Source: Torpedo marmorata
Lineage: Eukaryota
DNA length: 64,000 nucleotides
Assembly (NCBI GenBank): GCA_977017645.1
Contig: OZ360221.1
Location: forward strand, 175,708,001-175,772,000
Direction: 5' to 3'
Both the position numbers and the translations under genes were made by a program. The notes beneath the pieces are model-generated. The model was given only the letters and a program-made list of their open reading frames with translations, was not told the DNA's origin and searched no databases. Positions 37,516-49,657 of this stretch are shown here, piece by piece (the stretch's first letter is position 1; the number at the start of each line of letters is the position of its first letter).

Positions 37516-38035
37516 TTTTTTCTTGTGATTTTCTAAGTGTGGCTAACATTTGAAATAACTTGCTGACTTTATTGTCACCTCATCACTATTTTATACTGGT
37601 ACATCCCATGGTAGATTCAACTCTGCACTTACCCAATTTGCATTTCTTTCTGTACCAGGTCCAAATATAGAATGTTGGCACATTATTCAGCAAAACGGTA
37701 TTTTGGACGTTTGCTCTTTTCTCCACAGCATGTAAATCTACGCATTTTCCAGCAGGTATATGTATGATAATTGTAAGAAAGTGAAATGATTTTCTATGAA
37801 TCTGCTTGACTCACCATCCCTAGCCTTTATGCCAAGATGTTGAGATCAGTTGTTGTGACCATTTCACCCAATGCTGGTTGAGTCTAGCCAAGCAAGGAAA
37901 GCATAAGACTGGGAGTGGTTTAAGAGTGCATTGTGGATTTCCTTTATACTGCCTGAAATGAGAGCACCATATTTCATAAGCTGAATTGCAAACAAAACTC
38001 TTACCGAGTACTCCAGATAATGGTGACATTTATTT

Positions 38036-38270
38036 TGTTTAAATTTTAACAACACAGTACGGTAGAAGGCCCAACATGCCCTTGAAACTCATGCAGCCCA
38101 ATTGCACCCAATTATACTACCAACCCTTTGGAACATGGGAGGAAACTGGAGTACCTGGAGAAAATTCCCACAGGTCACGGGGAGAACGTGCAAACTCCTT
38201 ACAGACAGCCAGGATTCGAGCCCGGGTCGCTAGCGCTGTAATAGCATTGCTCTAACCGCTATGTTAACTG
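38036..38270 (-). mobile_element. tRNA-derived SINE, same family as 23697-23915
   Basis: ggaggaaactggagtacctggag...ggggagaacgtgcaaactccttacagacagc..gattcgagcccgggtcgct. Confidence 0.88.
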
Positions 38271-38797
38271 TAGAGGTTAAAGGATTGAATTCTCATTATT
38301 AGCATGTGCATAACAATTTAGAATGCAAGAGGAAGAATTGGCCATTCACCATTGAACCTTTCTCAATATCGCATTAGATCATGGCTGAGCTGGATTGAAA
38401 TTCCATTTGCTTTCTGAGGATCCGTGCTCATTTATAACCTGTCCTGACTACGATCTACCAACTTCACTATTTACATTGTCAATGGACCTTTTTTAGGGTC
38501 ATAGGCTCGGATTTCACCTTCCATCCTTTGCTGTGGACTTTGGATCTATAGGTGTGCTTTAAAACTTTCCAAATAATCTTGGCACATTGTAAATCAATTT
38601 TTTAATGATTCAAAGTGCTTTGTAAGTTTTATTTTATAAACTACAGTTGTTTATGATCTAGCTGCAGAATAGTTTGTGGCTATGGAGATGTCACAGTACA
38701 TGGTTCAGAGCATTTTGTTTGTGCATGGTCATTGAAATTGAAACAATATTCAGCAGAGTAGAATAACCTGTTAAATGAAGGTCAAGATATACTTAAG

Positions 38798-38925
38798 TAA
38801 AACACGAAAATCTGTAGACACCGTGGTTGAAGTAAAAAACACAAATGCTGGAGAAACTCAGCAGGTCACAAAGTGTCTTTTATGTAGCAAAGGTAGAAAT
38901 ACATAACCGACGTTTCGGGCTTCGT
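38798..38925 (-). repeat. Penelope-derived repeat fragment
   Basis: acacaaatgctggagaaactcagcaggtc...ataaccgacgtttcgggc (minus strand GCCCGAAACGTC). Confidence 0.65.
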
Positions 38926-41133
38926 ACTTCTTAGTAGGCTTCACTGAAATTGCTCAAATGAGATTTTATTTTAACATATTAGATCAAGACATATAATCAC
39001 TACTAGATTAAATTTTACTGTATCCACCTTCAGAGCTCTGATATGAGTTTAGCAAATTATCTTAAAAGGAAAAATTCTGCAGCTCATATCAATGCTGAAT
39101 CTTTCTCATGGTAGCATTGCAGCAGCTACAACATCCTCCCTAATTCCCATACTGATGGCTGATTAGCAACACTATCTGATAGTGGTATCCTTTCATAGTT
39201 GGACATGTAATACAATGATTAACCCACTTGATAAAGAATAGACTGCAGTTAATCATGATTGAAATAACACAATTTGTCCAAAATGCCATTTCTGAGGTTC
39301 AGAACAGCTTCAGAAAGATTGGCTCATAACTTCTGTATTTTTACAAGGTCTGAGTGAACCAGTATAGTCGCAGAGCTGAATGCAAAAAAAGTTGTTAATA
39401 TATAGTGCAACCATCTGAAAAATAATTTTGAACTTGAGTGGTGTTTTTTGAAGCAGTGCATGTTCTAAAACAAATGCAGGCTGGCTTAGATGTTACAACT
39501 GAGTGAGGATTGGCTACTTTTGGTTTGTTTCACTATACTGTAGCTACATCTGAGTCTCCTGCAGCCTCGGTCTGCTTTTCACTTATGAGCTCAATGCTTT
39601 TTTGTTTCCTTCCTGGGAATTTGTACCTGTATTTTGCTGTTCCTAAGTCTTCCAAATTATGACATTTGCTGGATTTCTGTTTCGGAGCAAGACAAATTCA
39701 ATGGCTTTTCCAAATTCTGGGATTGATTTTGGAATTCTTCGTGCAAACCAAGATGTTGCTACTTATTTCTGATGCAGTTAAATGCCATCTTATTAATTGT
39801 ATTTACTTTCCCTCTCTGTCCTTGATGTCTGATCTTTGTTACATTGGAGATTTTTTTTCCCCTTCCATTTGTCATTTTTAACATTGCATCTATTTTTAGA
39901 ATGATTTGTGTACTACTTTCAGGAAAAGGCAAAGTTTTAGAAAGAGAGAATGTGTGTTCCTTGTGTGCCCAATTAAATTCAATGAATAAAATACCATTGC
40001 TCCTTTCTGTTCAGCACCAGGAAAGTTTATGATTTAAAGAGCTGATACAGAAATTATGCAGGACCGCCAAATTGAACATTTGTGTTGTATTGAAGAATGA
40101 AATGGAGGCAGTCTGGAAAATTCCGTTGTGTGCCTGTTTTGGGTGCAATCAGGCTCCTGCTATCCCTGTTTATGATGTATCAGTGCTAGGAAATGGATTC
40201 AAGATAACTGCAGTAGGACGAATTAACCTATGATTGAAATTGCGTTCATGTTAAATCAGAACTCGATCTTCTTGAAGCATTTTATATTCTGAAAGGTTTC
40301 CTCTTGTTGGGTGATTTTAACCCAAGGGGGAAAGAATCCCAGAATAATGTGCCATTTGTTTAACACTGAGATGAGGAAGAATTGTGTCTCTCACAGGGTT
40401 GTGAATGTCTAGAATTTTCCAACCCAGTGTGTTGTGGAGGCTATGTCAGTAAGTGCATTCAAGGTTGGTTTTTCTTTAGGTTTGGAGGGGGATTGACGGT
40501 TCGGTTACCAGATTGGGAAGTGAAGTTGCAGCTGGAGAGACTCCTGTTTCTTGTGCTCTTGGATGACTGTGACACATCACAGTTGAGCAGCCTGTCGGTA
40601 CATCATGATCCAGATTTAAGCATGATGAATGCCAATTTTGTTGTGTGCATTCTTAATCTTAGCCACATACCTGAACATATCTCCCAGTCTGCAGGGAGGA
40701 AGAAGATGAGCCTGTTTGTGCTTTTCTCTGACCTCTTCCCCATCCCTTGCTCTCCTCACTGTTGCTGCTTTTGCAATGTAATAGAAAGAAGTAATAGAAA
40801 TCTGCAAAATTATGCTGTATAATGCTCTTTCTCATGAAAAAAACATATTTAACATCAAACATCAGATTTCCAGACATCTGATCTTGGACAATTTACATCT
40901 GGATTAGTTTGAGTGTAAGGACTTCCTTTTTTAAATTGCAACTTTATCTGTGCATTATCGCTTAAAATCTTCTTGATCTAACTGAGCCCCAAAGAGTATT
41001 GAAAATATGTCATCCTTTGTATGCACACCAAGGAACTTTGTACTCTCCACTGTCTCCATGACAGAACCATTGATATGTAGTGGAGATGGTTGATCTTCGT
41101 CCTCCTGACGTCCACAATCATCTCTTTTATCTT

Positions 41134-43999
41134 TTTTTTAAAATATTTTATTTTTTAGTTTTCACAAAAAGTCCACAATATAAACAAAAAATATACAGTT
41201 TCCAATTACACACATTATCATTAAACTCTCCCTCCCTCCCAACTGAAAATAAAAAACATTTAAAAAAACATACAGAAGAAAATGAAAAATAAAATAAAAA
41301 ACTAAACGTACCGTCAGTGCTTACATTGATTTTTCAACCTTCTTGGAGGCGTCACACCATTAAATATTTATACATTACATTGTACTGTACTTTAGGGTTT
41401 AAATTATAACTGGACACCAATATACTCTAGATATGGTTGCCACACCTTGACAAACATATCATATTTATTCCTAAGATTATATGTAATTTTCTCCATGGGA
41501 ATACAACTGTGCATTTCTGCTGACCATCGAGTGATTTGAAGGGGGGAATCGGACTTCCAAGTGACTGCTACGCATTTTTTTGCTACGGACAAAGCAACCA
41601 GCACAAATTGAATTTGGAATTTAGTTAATTTGTAGCTTATGTCCATTAGATTTCCTAAGAGATACAGCTCCGGGTCCAGTGGAAAGGCTACCCCCGTAAT
41701 TCTGGTTAGTGTATTAGATATATCATACCAAAAGGGTCGTACCTTTGCACAGGACCAAGTGGAGTGCAGGAAAGTTCCAATTTCCCCACCATATCTGAAA
41801 CACATTTCCGATATTTTGGATTTTGATTAGTGTAACTTTTGAGATGTGAGATATAGTTGGTGCAAGAAATTATACTGGACCAACCTGTATCTGGCATTAA
41901 TAACCGTCGTCATACCTACACCAGTCTGACCAGCAACGCTCCCGAATTATCGTACCCAGGTCCAACTCCCACCTCTCCCTCGATCGATGTATACCCGGCT
42001 TAGGGGTTTCGCCTTGGAGCACAAAGTATATTCTGGATATAAATTGGAGTGCATTTCCCAGTGAAAGTAATTGTTCTAACTCGTTGCTTGTAGGTGGAGT
42101 CATTGTAGGACCCCACCTTTCTCACAGGAAGGATCTTAGTTGGAGAAAACAGTGAAAGGTTCTATTAGACCAGTGGTTTTCAAACTGCCCCCCTAAACTC
42201 ACATTCCACCTTAAGCAATCCCTATGCCATAAGTGCTCTGTGATTAGTAAGGGATTGCTTAAGGTGGTATGTGAGTGGGAAGGGAAGGTTGAGAACCACT
42301 GCTCTAGACCCAATTGTTACTGAAATAATTTGCTTGAGAAAAATTGTCATTGGCCCATTTCCTTTGGAGTTATGAAACCATGCACATAATGAGTCAATTA
42401 GGTACAATTAAAATAGTGGTTTTCAAACTTTTTCTTCCCACTCACATACCACCTTAAGCAATCCCTTACTAATCACAGAGCACTTATGGCGTAGGGATTG
42501 CTTATGGTGGAATGTGAGTTTAGGGGGGCAGTTTGAAAACCACTGGTTTAGACAAATCATATTTATCTTTGTTGTTCAAAGGACATAAGCTGTCCATTAT
42601 CATAACAATCTTCAATATACCGAATCCCCTTCTGATACCAAACGTTCCATATTTTATTACCAAATTCATGGGTATAAGTTCATTTTGAAACAGAGGTGTT
42701 TTGGGGGATATTCCAACGTTTCCTCCAATACTCATTGATTTCTTGCCAAATTTTAATCATGTTTCAGAATGGGGTTGTTTGTTCTCTTTGATATTAACTT
42801 GGTATTCCATTTGTAAATAAAGTCCTTAGCTATTTTCTCCCCTATAGTATTTTGTCAAATTTGGACACATGGAAGAATATCACCCTCCTCAAAAAAAGGA
42901 TAAGAGAAACCTCGACTGGGCTGCTAAGTAAAACTTCTTAAAACCTGGTAAACGTAAGCCCCCCAATTTATAATCCCATGTCAGCTTTTCCATGGAGACT
43001 CTGGAAACTTTACCATTCCAGATGAACTGTCTTACATATCCATTGAGTGTTTTGAAAAAAGTTTGTGGCAAAGGGATAGGTAAAGATTGAAAAAGGTATT
43101 GGAATTTTGGCATCACCGTCATTTTGATACAATTAACCCTGCCCACTAATGTGATGGGCAGACTTCTCCATCTTAGTAAATCGTCTTCAATCTATCCAAG
43201 CACTGGGGGGTAGTTGAGTTTATATAAATTCTGTAAATTATTATCAATCATTGTCCCTAAATACTTAATACCTTCTGGTTGCCGTTTAAAGCGACTCCCC
43301 TGTTGATATTTTTTATAATTAAATTTCATCAGTGGCATGATTTCACTTTTGTCTATCTTTATTTTATATCCTGAAATCATACCGTAATCCTCCAGTGTAG
43401 TCCGCAATTTGGTCAAAGACTCAGCCGGGTCTGTTAGGTATAACAATACATCATCTGCAAACAAGTTAATCTTGTGATCCACCTGGTCCACCTTGAATCC
43501 CTTTATCTCTGGATCCCTCCTGATAACTTCCGCTAAAGGTTCAATTGCTAATACAAAAAGCCCTGGAGACAGTGGACAACTCTGCCTCCTAGATCTGCTC
43601 AGTGAGAATGTTGATGATATCTGACCATTCGTTATAATTTTAGCTCGGGGTTTATAGTAAAGTGTTTTTACCCATTGGACAAATGATTGTCCCAGTCCGA
43701 ACTTTTCGAGTACTTTAAATAAAAAAGGCCATTCCAGCCTATCAAAGGCTTTTTCTGCATCTAATGATACGGCTATGCTCGGGTCTATTTTGGATTGTGC
43801 CAAGTGTATTATACTAAATAATCTACCCAAGTTGTTAGCAGAGTGTCTCCTCTTCACAAAGCCGACTTGATCCGGATTTATCAATTTTGGTAAATAATGA
43901 CCTAATTTATTAGCTAATGCCTTAGCTATTACCTTATAATCAGCATTAATCAATGAAATAGGTCTATATGAAGACGGCTTTAGTGGATCTCTATTTTTT
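41134..43999 (-). mobile_element. L1/Tx1-type LINE, 5'-truncated (RT to 3' end)
   Basis: 16-bp TSD tcatctcttttatctt (41118-41133, 44000-44015); LDAEKAFDR, LFADD, KYLG and MEKITY motifs. Confidence 0.95.
42171..42545. mobile_element. Composite hAT (Charlie-like) MITE nested in L1
   Basis: Outer TIRs CAGTGGTTTTCAAACTGCCCCC; internal ends at ~42301 and ~42413; imperfect 8-bp TSD tattagac/gtttagac; same family as 25941-32528. Confidence 0.88.
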
Positions 44000-45619
44000 T
44001 CATCTCTTTTATCTTGTCCAGATTGAGACTCAGGATATTGTGTTTCCCAACTTCGTCTCTGTAAGCCAACTCATCATTGTTGCCAATGAGGCCAACTTTA
44101 TGATTCTGTTAGAACTGAATCTGGCAGTGTAGTTTTGAGTTAGCAACGTGAGCAGTAGTGGGCTGAGCACACAGCCCTGAGGTGTGCCAATGCTCAGCGA
44201 GATGGGACTTGAGGTTTTGCTACTAACCTGGACTGACTGTGGCCTTTTGTTTTATTTGTTGGACATGTGATGCAAACACAATTATAACATTTTAGAACAA
44301 TATAAACTTATTTTCTCCAAAAATTGGAGAGGAAAGATGCATACGTCAGGATGCTCTTTATTGTCTACAGTTCGGCATTTAACACCAGCATCCCCTCAAA
44401 ACTCCAAGACCTGGGACTCAACACCCCACTGTGTAATTGGATCCTTGATTTCCTCACCTACAGACCACAATCAGTGAGGATTGGTAAGAACAGCTCCATC
44501 AGTACCGGAGCACCACAGGGCTGTGTTCTTAGCCCCCTGTGCTCTACTCACTTTACACCTATGACTTTTGGTCTTTTGGTCAAGAAGTCCTGGATTCAGT
44601 TGCAGATTGGGGTGCTGAGTCCCAGTGAGGACATCCTCTGAATTATGATTGTGTTGAATGCTGAGCTGAATTCAATGAACAACAGTGGGGCATATTATTA
44701 ACTGATCTCATTCATCTTCAAATCACAGTCAAGGTATGGTGTAGAACCACAACCATGATTCCCTCTGACTGTACTCATTGTTGTGTATCAAGTCCTGAAA
44801 TGAAATGATTTAAAAATGCAGTCTCAAATGTTCTGACATCAGTGTTCAAATGGCCTGCAGACACTTGCTGTCATTTCTCTTAAGAAGAATAGATGGTTGA
44901 CTTGGGTAAAATTAATCACATTGCATTCTTTGCTGCAAGCAAGCTAGTACAAAAGCTAAATCTCCCTGCTGTGATTTAATTCGTTGAGATGGGAAAAAAG
45001 TCAGATTCAGAGAAAAATTAAGTCTGACCAATCTGACAAAACACAGTTTTTCTGTTTTAACATAAATTTTGGGGGAAAAAATCTCATGAATTCAACCCAC
45101 CTCAAGTGTTGTAATGCAATTTCAATTTTATAATAGTCTTAAAATGGGAACAATTTTTGAATGAAAACTTTGCTTTTTAATTCCTATTCATATCAATTTA
45201 AATTTAATGTTCAGTTAAATATGCATTTTCATGTCTCTGGTACTTTGTGTTTCCAGGCTTGCATGTGTCTTTTTTATTCTGTGACTTACATTAACTTGTT
45301 TCCATCATGGTAACTGAATTCTATCTGGAATTAATTTATTCATTTGAAGTTAAATTAAATCCTAGTACTTCAGTTGACTATATATTACCATTATAATAGT
45401 GCTGACTGTTAATCATAGTCTTGCAGAGAAGGGTTGCTTGTTTGATAAAAGACTTCCAGCAAGAGTTCATACCCTTCCTTACCATGTGCACACTTGTTTA
45501 ATCTGGTGAGCAAGATTTACGTGATGAATGGTGGAAGCAGGCAGCATGTTTTTCCTTGTGGACATCTTTTAGATGCTAATCAGAAACTTGTTATCACTTG
45601 TTTCATTTTTCTTCTCCAG

Positions 45620-45684
45620 GGAGGTAAAGGAAGAATCGGAGTAGTTATTTCATCGTACATGCACTTCACCAATATTTCTGCAAG
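45620..45684 (+). CDS. TNS3: Tensin-3 exon: GGKGRIGVVISSYMHFTNISA(S)
   Basis: tttttcttctccag|GGA acceptor and AG|gtaata donor; 65 nt, phase 0-2; completes HCRGGKGR. Confidence 0.96.
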
Positions 45685-45975
45685 GTAATAATGGAAATTA
45701 AAGCTAATGTTGGTACAGTGTTTCATTGTGAGGACGCTTTCTGTTATTTATTTGTAGAATTCATCACTCTTCCTTTTTCTTACTTATGGTCAGATTCGAA
45801 AGACATATTCCATTTACAATCTTGGGATAGCAAAAAATGGTAGCATTTGCCAGTATCATCCACATCCCATAAAACAAATACAAAAAAAAACTTGAAATTC
45901 AACACAAAAAGCTGGAAATACTGAGGGAGCATGTGGAATGAGAGAAAAGGAGTCAATGTTTCAGCACCATGATCT

Positions 45976-48960
45976 TTCAAGTTCAAGTTTATTATTATCA
46001 TACAATTGTAAAGTATAGCTGGACAAAACGGCGTTCTTCGGTGTAAAAAACATGCAAACACGTATATAGACATAGCACACATATTTACAAGCAATTGATA
46101 TGCAGTACATATATAAAAATAATTAAATATTGTTAAATAATAGTAGATTCTATAATAGTAGATTCTTGGAGGGATTGTATGAGTAGTATGAGGAGTTCAG
46201 CAGTCTCACTGCACGTGGGAAAGGGCTGTTTCTCAGCCTGGTGGTTCTGGCTCTGATACTTCTGTATCTCTTTTGCAATGGGAGTAGCTGGAAGATGCTG
46301 TGTGCGGGATGGTAGGGGTCCTAAACAATTTTGCAAGCCCTGTTCAGACAACGATCCCAGTAGATCGTGTCGATGGGGGGGAGGGAGACCCCAGTGATCC
46401 TCTCTGCTGCTCTTATGGTCCTGTGGATTGACCTCTGATCCAATGAGCTACAGCAACCATACCACACTGATGCAGCCAGCCAGGTTGCTCTCAATAGAGC
46501 TCCTGTAGAAAGTCAGCAGGATGGTGGCCGGTAGCCTTGCCCACCTTTGGCCTTCTAAGGAAATGCAGTCGCTTGTTGCGCCTTACTGACAAGTGAGGAG
46601 ATTTTGTGTGTCCAGGATAGGTCACTACTTAAGTGGACTCTAAGGAACTAGGTGCTCTCTACACTCTCCACTACAGAGTTGTTGATGTGTAGTGGAGGGA
46701 GGTCATCCCTAGTCCTCCTGAAATCCACAATCATCTCCTTTGTCTTATCCACATTGAGACACAGGTTGTTATTCTCACATCATAACACAAGATTTTCCAC
46801 CTTTTCTCTGTAGTGCGAGTCATCATTGTTGCTAATGAGGCCAACTACTGTTGTGTCATCTGCAAACTTGATGACTGTTGGAGCTGGATCAGGTGTTGCA
46901 GTCGTGGGTCAGTAGCATGAACAGGAGCAGGCTGAGCACACAGCCCTGAGGTGTGACGGTGCCCAAGGTTCTGCAACTGACTCGGAGAGACTGTGGTCTT
47001 TCCGTTAGGAAGTCCAGAATCCAGTCAGAGAGGGGTGTTGAGTCCCAGTGAGGACAATTTCTCCACCCGCCTCTTGGTAATGATCGAGTTAAACGCCGAG
47101 CTGGTTGTTGAACAGCAGCCTGGCGTATAAGGTGTCATTCTCCAGGTGGGTCAGAACGGATTGGAGGGACAAGGCTATAGCATCATCAGTGGAACGGTTC
47201 CATCTGTAGGCGAATTGAAATGGGTCCAGTGTCTCTGGGAGGTGTGCTTTGAATCTTTTCATCACCAGATGCTCAAAGCATTTCATAATGGTTGAGGTCA
47301 GTGCCACAGGGCAGTCGTCATTGAGGCCTGTTATTGTCGCCCTCTTGGGTACCAGGATGATGGTGGCTGTCTTGAAAACCATGGGGACGATGGACTGCTG
47401 CAGTGACGGGTTGAAGATGTCTGTAAGGACCAATGTCAGTTAGACTGCACAGTCATTCAGCACCCGACCATGTGCATTGTCTGGTCCCGCTGCCTTGTGT
47501 GGGTTCACCTTAGATAGGGTTTCATCACCTCAGCCACGATTGTGTAGGGGGCCCATTCATCAGGGGGACACGGAGCTTTCTTCGGTATCAGCCTGTTCTT
47601 CTCATCAAACAGTGCAGAGATGTTCAGTCTGTCCGGAAGGGAGGTATCATTGTCTTTGACTCGCAAGGTTGTCTTGTGGTCTGTTATAGTTTTGATCCCT
47701 TGCCACATGCGCCTTTGTGCTGCTGATGTCGCACAGATGACTGTGAATTTTCTGTGTGTACCTAGGCTTTGCCTTCCGGATTGCACGGGAGAGTTTTGCC
47801 CTGGCTGATCTTACTGCAATCTTGTCTCCTGTCCTGTCGTCAGCATCACGAGCTCTGAGAAGTGCCCATACCTCTATATCAAGCCATGACTTTTGGTTAG
47901 CCCTGGTTGTGAAGCATTTGATCTTGGTGACATCATCAATGCACTTGCTGATGTTGTCAGTCATTGAGCTTGTGTATTCCTCGGTATTTATATGACCGTC
48001 ATAGGTGGCCGCTTCCCTGAAGCAGCTCCAGTCAGTGATCTCAAAGCAGTCCTGTAGCGCCTCTGTGGCCACAACCCCCCCGGCTACGTCCTGATCTCCC
48101 TGCGAACTGACTTAATTCATTTTGCCAGCAGTCTGTATGCTGGGGTTGGCAGGACTGATATATGATCAGAGTATCCAAGGTGGGGACAAGGGGCAGCCTT
48201 GTACACACCAGAGACATTGGTGTGCACCCAATCCAGGGTGTTCTCTCCTCTGGTGGCAAAATTTACATGCTGTTGAAACAGAGGTAGAACTGCTTTCAGG
48301 TTGGTGTGGTTGAAGTCGCCAGCTACAATAATTGTACCGTCAGGATGGAAGTTCTGGACTTCGCAGATGGCACCGTAAAGCTCCTTCATTGCAACACCCT
48401 CATTAACCTAAGTCGGAATGTAAATTGCAGTAAATAGCGTGGCTGTAAATTCCTTGGGCATGTGGAAGGGTCAGCATTTCACCATTAGGTACTCTATCTC
48501 TGCTGAGCAGAAAGTCTTTACAACAGAGACGTTTGTGCACCATTTCTCGCTGATGTAAATGCACAGTCCCCCTCCTCGAGTCTTCCCAGAAGCAGCAGCA
48601 TCTCTTTCTGCCCGGAGGGAAATAAGGCCATCTAGCTTGATCGCTGAGTCTGGGATGGTTTCTTGGAACCACATTTCTGTAATCACCAGAGCACAGCAGC
48701 CCTGCAGTTCTCTCTGGTTCAGATGCAGTCTCAGGTGATCATTTTCTTCTCCAGCGATGTTCATTTGCGAGTAAGATCGTCGGGAGCGCGGGTTTGAAGG
48801 TTTTAATTCTAAGTCTGACTCAGATGCCGGCCCTCTTGCCACGCTTCTGCCTTCTCCAACAGCGCTTCTGACAGCCTCCCTCGCATCTCCATCGGCCTTT
48901 CTCGCGTCTCCAGCAAACCGCTCCGCAGTTTACTACAGACCGGCTCTGTTGCTTCAGCAA
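45976..48960 (-). mobile_element. Near full-length decayed Rex1/Babar LINE (APE endonuclease plus RT)
   Basis: CALVITEMW, RGGGLCIYI, VAGDFNH, LQDCFEITDW and LDPFQFAY motifs; (ttgaac)n tail at 45976; multiple frameshifts; 5' boundary approximate. Confidence 0.9.
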
Positions 48961-49331
48961 GTTAAAACCAGTGGAACAGTTCTGATAAAAATTCATCAAA
49001 CCAAATTGTTCATTCTTTTTTCTCCATGTGTTGCTTGATCTGATGATAATTTCCAGAATTAATTGTTTCCTTTATCTGCAATATTTTGCTTTAGTATGTA
49101 ATTTAACCTCACTACTGCTGCATAACAGGGAGCTACTAATAAATTTGACGGGCAAACAACCATCCAACCCGGTCCCACTTAATAATCGGTAAAATATCAA
49201 ATATGCTTAACTTAGAATTTTTCCTAATGAATATCTGAATACACTTTCTGGTCATTTAAGCATTAGTTTTGTCAGCTGTTGTCAGCTGCTGGTGCTTAAC
49301 ATTCACTCATCTGAAACATTTTTTATTACAG

Positions 49332-49415
49332 TGCTGATCAAGCTCTTGACAGGTTTGCTATGAAAAAATTCTATGATGATAAAGTTTCTGCCTTAATGCA
49401 ACCATCACAGAAACG
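49332..49415 (+). CDS. TNS3: Tensin-3 exon: (S)[27 protein letters not shown](R)
   Basis: ttttttattacag|T acceptor and CG|gtgag donor; 84 nt, phase 2-2; PSQ.R motif of the PTEN/tensin family. Absent from the ORF track. Confidence 0.96.
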
Positions 49416-49657
49416 GTGAGTTTGGGAAATTGTCATATTTGATCTCACTTGAATTCCTTTTATTGATTATTGCTTTGCCGACGGTATGAGCTAATTGGTC
49501 AATCTTTTAATGATCTCTCAAAAAATCACTTGAATTGAAATAAGAATTAAATATAAGACTCCTTGGCCTAAATTGGAATTTAATACAGTAGTATATTGAA
49601 CGACCTGGATAGTCTAACTCCACAGTTTGAAAAGTAAATTTAGAATACAAGGACTAA

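Larger units (their letters stand above)
41005..44690 (-). mobile_element. Decayed Rex1/Babar fragment split by an L1 (41134-43999) and by an opposite-strand Rex1 piece (~44250-44565)
   Basis: Minus-strand LDKIKEMIVDVRR rejoins across the L1 TSD; plus-strand piece [18 protein letters not shown] at 44324-44565. Confidence 0.75.
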
